Shown here: positions 26,661 through 33,417 of the stretch, piece by piece
How the letters are laid out: each line of letters begins with the position of its first letter
Numbering within the stretch: the first letter of the stretch is position 1
Assembly (NCBI GenBank): GCA_041661065.1
Contig: JBAZVD010000001.1
Coordinates: 441,417-505,416, forward strand
Reading direction: 5' to 3'
Length of the DNA stretch: 64,000 nt
From: Candidatus Peribacteraceae bacterium
GTDB taxonomy: Bacteria; Patescibacteriota; Gracilibacteria; Peribacterales; Peribacteraceae
Program-made: the position numbers and the translations under genes
The notes under the pieces: generated by a model
Told to the model about the DNA's origin: nothing
Databases searched by the model: none
The model's input: the letters and a program-made list of their open reading frames with translations, nothing else

Positions 26661-26915
26661 ATGGCTGACGAACGGAAGGACATCATGGACGAACAGGCAC
26701 AGAAGGCGGTGGACGAGGGTCAGTGGGACCGGATGGTGGGAAAAGCGAAGTCCCTGTGGGGAGAACTGACGGATGACGACTTCATGGAGGCGAAGGGGGA
26801 CATGCAGAGCTTTTTCGGGATGATCGAACAGAAGACCGGGGAAACGATACAGTCCATCAAGGAGAAGCTGGAATGGAAAGATGAGGAACACGGTGGCATG
26901 GAAAAGGCCGAATGA
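26661..26915 (+). CDS. CsbD-family stress-response protein
   Basis: 'GKAKSLWGELTDDDFMEAKGDMQSFFGMIEQKTGET'. The ORF opens at 26562. Confidence 0.8.
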   Translation: MADERKDIMDEQAQKAVDEGQWDRMVGKAKSLWGELTDDDFMEAKGDMQSFFGMIEQKTGETIQSIKEKLEWKDEEHGGMEKAE

Positions 26916-27022
26916 CGTCTGTTATTTGGCACTCACCATCACGATATTATTGAACTATGCGTCCATCCTGGTGCTGCGGGTCTGTGGGACTCTACCTACG
27001 GCAAGGATAACGTTCATCTTCT

Positions 27023-27361
27023 TCATCGGATGAGCATGCGGCTCATGAGGAGAGCGGTGAGCAGAAGGGCGAGCAGGAGTGCCATCATGATGATCATGGA
27101 GATGATGACAATTGCGGCATCCCGGTACCGCTTCTGGAAGAGCAGCACTGCGGGGAACGTCCCTGTAATTGCTGCGCAAAGAAGAGCAGAGAAGCTGAAT
27201 GTAAAAAGAAAGAAGACAGGAGCCATCATGCTCATGACGGGAGTGTGTTCTACATTATCTATGAGCGGAACTCCGACGAATGCGAACAGGACGATGTAGA
27301 GGAGGATGCCTAGGGCTTGGAGTATTCCTGCAACAACGGGATGGAAACGGAGTTTCTTCAT
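27023..27361 (-). CDS. Hypothetical small membrane protein (four predicted TM helices)
   Basis: 112 aa, almost entirely hydrophobic helices. Confidence 0.55.
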   Translation of the reverse strand: MKKLRFHPVVAGILQALGILLYIVLFAFVGVPLIDNVEHTPVMSMMAPVFFLFTFSFSALLCAAITGTFPAVLLFQKRYRDAAIVIISMIIMMALLLALLLTALLMSRMLIR

Positions 27362-27437
27362 GTAGAGAGGATAGAGGATGCCGCAGTAACATCGAATACC
27401 TTCGGAAGGAAGATTCTGCTAAAATAGGGGAAGCCAT

Positions 27438-27512
<75 letters not shown>

Positions 27513-27586
27513 ACCTACGCACGCCTGAGCTGTGGCTTCGGCGTGTCTTCGGTTGGCAGGACAACCGGTCAACAGTAGGATGGAGA

Positions 27587-27685
27587 GCCAAGTGGCATGT
27601 CTACGTTCTGAGAAGCAGAAGAGACGGAAACACGTTCGTCGTTTCCAGAAAGAAGCGTTGTGGAGATCCGTATATTCGCCTTTGA
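27587..27685 (+). pseudogene. Possible GIY-YIG nuclease N-terminal remnant downstream of tRNA-Gln
   Basis: The frame reads 'AKWHVYVLRSRRDGNTFVV...' and resembles the 'KWYVYILRC.DG.LYTG' start of UPF0213/GIY-YIG proteins. It has no start codon and stops after 32 codons. Confidence 0.3.
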
Positions 27686-27913
27686 GATTCGTCGTATCGT
27701 CTATTTCTTTGTCAGCCCTAATAGAAGGAGTAAACACTGAGTACTATATGTGTTCAAAGCTTTAACGTTGATGTGGGTTGAACCAAGGTCTAAAACAGTG
27801 TTTTAAGGCCTCAAATTTAAGCCTAATGCATATTTGACATAACAAAAGAACTTGCGCGCGTATAAGGAGGGATGTAACCTTCACCCCTTTTTATCAACCC
27901 CCTCATAATTCCC

Positions 27914-30900
27914 ATGAAAGCCTACCGATCGAAGATGATCGCCGGAACGAGCATCGCACTCCTGGTGCTTCCTCTTCTCTCCCATGCGATTGATACGGCG
28001 TTTACGCCGGTGGCGAACGCAACACCCGCTGTGAATGAATGCAAGGATGGCATAGACAACGACGGGGACGGGAAGATCGATGCACTTGTGGAACTGGACC
28101 CCAACAACGGCCAGACGAAGTCTTGGTATGCGGATTCCGTCGGCATACGCGCTTTCTACAACCAAGTAGCCGCACAGCGTGGCTGGAGGCAGATACCCAC
28201 GGCGTGGGACGGCCAGGGAATGGTGAGCAATGACTCAGTCACAGCGGATAAGATCTGCGAGATCGCCGGGTACAGCACCGTCGCATCACGGAGCTGCCCC
28301 GAGTACGGCTCTTCCGGCCGCTGCAACTTCACGAGCTGCAACAACAACACCATGGGGGTATGGAAAGCTTCCTCGAACAACATGAAAATCGTGGGGGCAT
28401 GCGGTTACACCTGGATCGCTTCCCTTACCTGCAAGAACAAACTGGCAGCCTGCAGCGACGGAATTGATAACGACGGGGACGGGAAAGTAGACATGGAGGA
28501 TCCCGGGTGTGCGAGCATCAATGATGACAGCGAAGTGGAGCATGATCCGGGTTGTCAGAATCCCGATGATCCCACGGAATCCACGGCACAGTGTTCCGAC
28601 GGCATCGATAATGACGGTGATGGCGCAATCGACTTTCCCGCTGACTTCAGTTGCTCATCCTCAACGGACAACGACGAAACGCTTCCCAAGTCCAAGTGTC
28701 AGGACGGGGTTGATAACGATGGGGACGGTCTGATCGACTATCCGCAGGATCCCGGTTGTGTAAATAACCAGGACAATGATGAAGGGAATCCGATCCAGTG
28801 TTCCGATGGCATTGATAACGACAATGACGGTGCGACGGATTATCCCAACGATTTCAGCTGTACGAGCGCAACGGACAACGACGAAACGCTTCCCAAGGCG
28901 CAGTGCCAGGACGGCCTGGACAACGACGGGGATGGCAAAATAGATTATCCCGCTGATCAAGGCTGCACCAATAAGCAGGACAATGATGAAGATAATGCAT
29001 CTGTGTACCTGTCGCATGTCAATATTGACGGATGCAACGTCACCGTACAATACAGCAGGGAAGGGAATACCTGTGCACATTTGCTGAGAGCAGATAACTC
29101 TAAGATTCTTCATACGCAAAATGTATTCTGCCAATTGAGTGATACTGTAACGCTCCCTCTCACGAAGTTTAGCGCAGAATTGCAACCAGGCTTACGCGTC
29201 AAACTGTGTCATGGCAACAACTATAATGATTGTAGCGACGTTATCACTGTAACTGGCGGAGGTGTTTGCCAAGAAGCCCAGTGCCAAGATGGCATTGATA
29301 ACGACAATGACGGTGCGACGGACTATCCCAACGATTTCAGCTGTACCAGCGCAACGGACAACGACGAAACGCTTCCCAAGTCCAAGTGTCAGGACGGGGT
29401 TGATAACGATGGGGACGGTCTGATCGACTATCCGCAGGATCCCGGTTGTTTGAATAACCAGGACAATGATGAAGGGAATCCGATCCAGTGTTCCGATGGC
29501 ATTGATAACGACAATGACGGTGCGACGGATTATCCCAACGATTTCAGCTGTACGAGCGCAACGGACAACGACGAAACGCTTCCCAAGGCGCAGTGCCAGG
29601 ACGGCCTGGACAACGACGGTGACGGGAAGAAGGATAGCCAGGATCCGGGATGCGTTGATTTCCAAGACAACGATGAATACAACGCACCGGCCTCCTCATC
29701 TTCTTCTTCATCGGTTGGCCAAGGACAATGCAAGGACGGCCTGGACAACGACGGTGACGGGAAGATCGATGCACTCGTGGAACTGAACCCGAACAACGGC
29801 CAGACGAAATCTTGGTATGCGGATTCCGTCGGCATACGCGCTTTCTACAACCAAGTAGCCGCACAGCGTGGCTGGAGTCAGATACCCACGGCCTGGAATG
29901 GCCAGGGCATGGTGAGCAATGACTCGGTGACAGCCGACAAGATCTGCGAAATCGCCGGGTTCAGTACCGTCGCATCACGGAGCTGCCCCGAGTATGGCGC
30001 TACCGGACGCTGCAACTTCACGAGCTGCTACAACAACACCATGGGGGTCTGGAACGCTTCCTCGAACAACATGAGTGTCGTGGGGGCTTGCGGCCATCCG
30101 TGGCTTTCCAACCTCACCTGCCAGAACAAACTGGCAGCCTGCAGCGACGGGATCGATAGCGACGGGGACGGGAAAGTGGACATGAACGACAACGGCTGCG
30201 CGTCCGTGAACGACGACAGCGAGATACAGCATGATCCGGATTGTCAGAACCCCGATGACCCGACGGAATCCTCCTACCAGTGTTCTGACGGCATCGATAA
30301 TGACAACGACGGTGCGACGGATTATCCCAACGACTACAGCTGCTCCACGGCATACGATACCGATGAGTTCAATCCCAAGTCACAGTGCCAGGACGGCATA
30401 GACAATGAAGATGACGGGAAGATCGATTATCCGCAGGATCCCGACTGCAGCAGCCTGCAGGATAATGACGAAGGCGCCGCACCCCAGTGCAACGACGGGT
30501 TGGATAACGACAACGACGGCGCGATCGATTACCCCAGCGAATTCAGCTGCCAGGACCGACACGATGACGACGAAACGTTTCCCAAATCCCTGTGCCAGGA
30601 CGGCATTGATAACGATCAAGACGGAAAGGTCGACTATCCGCAGGATCCCGGATGTACGAACAATCAGGACAATGACGAAGGGAACACGTACCAGTGCAAC
30701 GACGGGGTGGATAACGACGCCGACGGCGCCACGGACTACTCCAATGACTTCAGCTGCGGAAGCCCGACCGATGACGATGAAACGCTTCCCAAGGCGCAGT
30801 GCCAGGACGGGATTGATAACGATGGGGACGGAAAGGTCGACTACCCTCAAGATCCGGGTTGCACAAGCAAGCAGGACAATGACGAGTTCAATCAGCCAAC

Positions 30901-33226
30901 GGAGGCGAATGTGGTCATTGAGAAGAGCGGATCCCAGGGTATAAAGTTCGGAGGGAACATCGTGTACAAGGTGGAAGTCCGCAATGAAGGGCCGGCTGTT
31001 GCACAAAGTGTCACCGTGACGGACGTTGTCCCCGCGGGTTTCGTGTTCAACCCGCAACTTTCAACCAATACGTGCGTACAGGATGGATCCATCATTCGGT
31101 GTAGTTCATTCAACCTTGCGCCTCTGGACTCACGCGTCCTTCTCATAGCCTTCGTGGTTCCCATGCCCGTGAGCGGATGCATTCCCATGACCGTGAGCAA
31201 TACGGCCGTAGTGGGTGCGACGAACGATACGACGCCTTCGAACAACCAGAGTACGGCAACTACGGATGTGCTTTGTAACGACCAGAGCAGCTCCTCCTCC
31301 AGCTCGTCTTTCAGTTCATCCAGCGGGATATTCTACGGTTGCATAGAAGTGATTAAGGAGACCTACGATACGGTCGGTAATCCTCTTACACCCGTTGCAC
31401 AATTCACATTTACGTTGGACGGCATTACGCAAGATAAGAACGACGGAACGGGCCATCTGAGGTTCGATAATGTCACTCTTGGAGACCATCAAGTAACGGA
31501 ATTGGTGCCGGCCGGGTGGGAACAAATGTTCGTTACACCCGCTGAAGGAAAGATATACGTTGCCGGCGGAGATCAGTGTTCTGTGTTGACGTTCAAGAAT
31601 ATGCAGCATCTATTCGGATCGTCTTCTAGTGCTTCCAGCAGTTCCAGCGTAGTGAGCTCCAGTTCTTCCCAAAGCTCCCAGTCTTCCTCCTCGGAAGAGT
31701 CGTCTCTTAGTTCATCCAGTTCCTCATCGTCTTCCACATCATCCCTATCTTCCCAATCTTCCTCCGAAGATTCTTCCAGCAGCTCTTCCGTAATCACCGG
31801 ATGCATTGAGGTGAAGAAAGAAACGTACAACACGCAGGGTGTCCCCTTGAATCCGGTCGCGCAATTTACGTTCTTGCTGGACGGGACCACTCAGAAACAG
31901 AACGACGGTACGGGATTGCTGCGTTTCGACAACGTTTCCGTCGGAAGCCACCAGGTGTCCGAATCCGTTCCGGACGGTTGGACGCCGATCTCCGTAACGC
32001 CGGAGAACGGCATTGTGGACGTACCCGGAGGCGACACGTGTGTTGCCCTCACATTCAAGAACCGGCAATCCATCACCAGTTCAAGTTCATCTTCCAGCAG
32101 CTCTGCCGATTCCAGTGCATCATCTTCGGATTCATCTTCCAGTTCTGCTGCAACCACGGGTTGCATTGACGTCATCAAGGATACGTTCGACACGGTGGGT
32201 AATCCCCTTGTTCCCGTCCCCCAGTTCACGTTCAAGAGGGACGATGTGGAGATGAAGAAGAATGACAGTTCCGGAAAACTTCGATTCACAAATGTTACGG
32301 TGGGAACGCACAAGATCGTAGAGGAGGTGCCGCCAACGTGGGAATTGGTTTCCGTTACCCCTTCCAGCGGATCCGTTGTCGTGGTGCCGGGGGACACGTG
32401 CGCGGAAATCAGGTTTAAGAACAAGCAGGTGATTACCTCATCCTCTTCCAGTTCTTCATCCTCCGATTCCTCGTCGTCTATTTCTTCCTCCAGTTCGTCT
32501 TCATCCTCCTCATCGTCATCGTCCCTTTCCAGTTCCAGCAGCAGTTCCTCCTCCTCTTCCTCGTCCAGCTCACAGCAGCAGATCATCATCATTGAGCGGA
32601 CATGCGATGAGTGCCAGCCGAAGAAGGAACGCGGAAGCCACAGGCATGGTATAGACATCATCCAGATCATCGCGCAGAGCAGGCTGGCGAAGAAGGACAA
32701 AGTCCCCGTGGAGCTGGTGATTGACAAGTCATCCGACCGCGGAGAAGTGCAAGGCGGCGACTACTACAGTTACACGATCAGCGTGCGCAACATCTCCACG
32801 CGCACTGCGACCAATGTGATTGTAACCGATTACTTCGACCAACAGAGGCTGACCGTCCTCGATACGGATGGCGGAAAGCTGACCTACGAGGGTCTCCAAT
32901 GGAATATCCCTTCCATGAAGCCTTCGGAACTCGTCACATACCGGTATCACGTACGCCTGACGGAAAACGTGAAGCACGGTGAGATCATCCACAACACGAG
33001 CATCGTGCGTGCGGACGAGGCTCCGGAACGCATGGCATTCAACGACGTCAGTGTTATCAAGGTCATGCCCCAGACGGGGACGTTCGCCCTTGCGGAATCC
33101 GATGCGAAGTTCGTCAATCCCCTGAAGAACGGCGGCGCTGCGGACACGATCCCGTTGACGGTCCTCATCACCTTCCTCACATTGGGAACGGCCGTGGGCG
33201 GATCATTCACCAAACGCTGGCTCTGA
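27914..33226 (+). CDS. Giant secreted cell-surface protein (1770 aa) with, in order: signal peptide; two copies of a novel Cys domain; about 24 TSP3/MopE-like Ca-binding Cys modules; a DUF11-like domain; three Cna-B/SpaA-like domains; a second DUF11-like domain; and an 'MPQTG' motif with a C-terminal TM anchor
   Basis: Signal 'IAGTSIALLVLPLLSHA'. Repeated 'QC(S/Q)DG(I/V)DND(N/G)DG..DYP.D(F/P).C' modules. 'VIEKSG...YKVEVRNEGPAVAQSVTVTD' is DUF11-like. 'GCIEVIKETYDTVGNPL...LTFKN' occurs three times. Poly-Ser spacers are present. The C-terminus reads 'VMPQTG...IPLTVLITFLTLGTAVGGSFTKRWL'. Confidence 0.9.
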   Translation: MKAYRSKMIAGTSIALLVLPLLSHAIDTAFTPVANATPAVNECKDGIDNDGDGKIDALVELDPNNGQTKSWYADSVGIRAFYNQVAAQRGWRQIPTAWDGQGMVSNDSVTADKICEIAGYSTVASRSCPEYGSSGRCNFTSCNNNTMGVWKASSNNMKIVGACGYTWIASLTCKNKLAACSDGIDNDGDGKVDMEDPGCASINDDSEVEHDPGCQNPDDPTESTAQCSDGIDNDGDGAIDFPADFSCSSSTDNDETLPKSKCQDGVDNDGDGLIDYPQDPGCVNNQDNDEGNPIQCSDGIDNDNDGATDYPNDFSCTSATDNDETLPKAQCQDGLDNDGDGKIDYPADQGCTNKQDNDEDNASVYLSHVNIDGCNVTVQYSREGNTCAHLLRADNSKILHTQNVFCQLSDTVTLPLTKFSAELQPGLRVKLCHGNNYNDCSDVITVTGGGVCQEAQCQDGIDNDNDGATDYPNDFSCTSATDNDETLPKSKCQDGVDNDGDGLIDYPQDPGCLNNQDNDEGNPIQCSDGIDNDNDGATDYPNDFSCTSATDNDETLPKAQCQDGLDNDGDGKKDSQDPGCVDFQDNDEYNAPASSSSSSSVGQGQCKDGLDNDGDGKIDALVELNPNNGQTKSWYADSVGIRAFYNQVAAQRGWSQIPTAWNGQGMVSNDSVTADKICEIAGFSTVASRSCPEYGATGRCNFTSCYNNTMGVWNASSNNMSVVGACGHPWLSNLTCQNKLAACSDGIDSDGDGKVDMNDNGCASVNDDSEIQHDPDCQNPDDPTESSYQCSDGIDNDNDGATDYPNDYSCSTAYDTDEFNPKSQCQDGIDNEDDGKIDYPQDPDCSSLQDNDEGAAPQCNDGLDNDNDGAIDYPSEFSCQDRHDDDETFPKSLCQDGIDNDQDGKVDYPQDPGCTNNQDNDEGNTYQCNDGVDNDADGATDYSNDFSCGSPTDDDETLPKAQCQDGIDNDGDGKVDYPQDPGCTSKQDNDEFNQPTEANVVIEKSGSQGIKFGGNIVYKVEVRNEGPAVAQSVTVTDVVPAGFVFNPQLSTNTCVQDGSIIRCSSFNLAPLDSRVLLIAFVVPMPVSGCIPMTVSNTAVVGATNDTTPSNNQSTATTDVLCNDQSSSSSSSSFSSSSGIFYGCIEVIKETYDTVGNPLTPVAQFTFTLDGITQDKNDGTGHLRFDNVTLGDHQVTELVPAGWEQMFVTPAEGKIYVAGGDQCSVLTFKNMQHLFGSSSSASSSSSVVSSSSSQSSQSSSSEESSLSSSSSSSSSTSSLSSQSSSEDSSSSSSVITGCIEVKKETYNTQGVPLNPVAQFTFLLDGTTQKQNDGTGLLRFDNVSVGSHQVSESVPDGWTPISVTPENGIVDVPGGDTCVALTFKNRQSITSSSSSSSSSADSSASSSDSSSSSAATTGCIDVIKDTFDTVGNPLVPVPQFTFKRDDVEMKKNDSSGKLRFTNVTVGTHKIVEEVPPTWELVSVTPSSGSVVVVPGDTCAEIRFKNKQVITSSSSSSSSSDSSSSISSSSSSSSSSSSSSLSSSSSSSSSSSSSSSQQQIIIIERTCDECQPKKERGSHRHGIDIIQIIAQSRLAKKDKVPVELVIDKSSDRGEVQGGDYYSYTISVRNISTRTATNVIVTDYFDQQRLTVLDTDGGKLTYEGLQWNIPSMKPSELVTYRYHVRLTENVKHGEIIHNTSIVRADEAPERMAFNDVSVIKVMPQTGTFALAESDAKFVNPLKNGGAADTIPLTVLITFLTLGTAVGGSFTKRWL
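28040..28615 (+). repeat. Intragenic duplication, copy 1 of a roughly 576-bp module (novel Cys domain plus flanking DND modules)
   Basis: High nucleotide identity to 29729-30305 (offset 1689 bp). Runs such as 'tcttggtatgcggattccgtcggcatacgcgctttctacaaccaagtagccgcacagcgtggctgg' are identical. Confidence 0.85.
28664..28929 (+). repeat. Near-identical 266-bp intragenic repeat, copy 1
   Basis: Almost base-for-base identical to 29354-29619 (offset 690 bp = 230 codons). Confidence 0.9.
29354..29619 (+). repeat. Near-identical 266-bp intragenic repeat, copy 2
   Basis: See 28664-28929. Confidence 0.9.
29729..30305 (+). repeat. Intragenic duplication, copy 2 of the roughly 576-bp module
   Basis: See copy 1 at 28040-28615. 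Confidence 0.85.
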
Positions 33227-33247
33227 TAGCTGATTCAAATTACGCGG

Positions 33248-33273
33248 AAAGCCCCCGTTCCCGGGGGCTTTTT
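33248..33273 (+). terminator. Rho-independent terminator after the first giant gene
   Basis: aaagcccccg-ttcc-cgggggcttt followed by tt(t). Confidence 0.75.
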
Positions 33274-33417
33274 GGTACAGAGGGATCTTGCGGTCCCCTC
33301 CCCCGTTTGCGGTGTGGCGAATATGCGACGAAAACGACGTTCTTCGCGTAATTCTTGCTGAGGGAGAACGTCAAAATGAGCGATTGACTATTCCGGTGTG
33401 CCTTTCCCCCCTTTTGT

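Noticed and set aside
28661-32727. Minus-strand ORFs inside the giant gene (for example 28661..29185, 30380..31057, 31891..32727)
   Set aside because: They are mirror images of the Asp/Asn/Ser-rich repeats, giving Val/Ile/Glu/Leu-rich antisense sequence. They have no independent signals.
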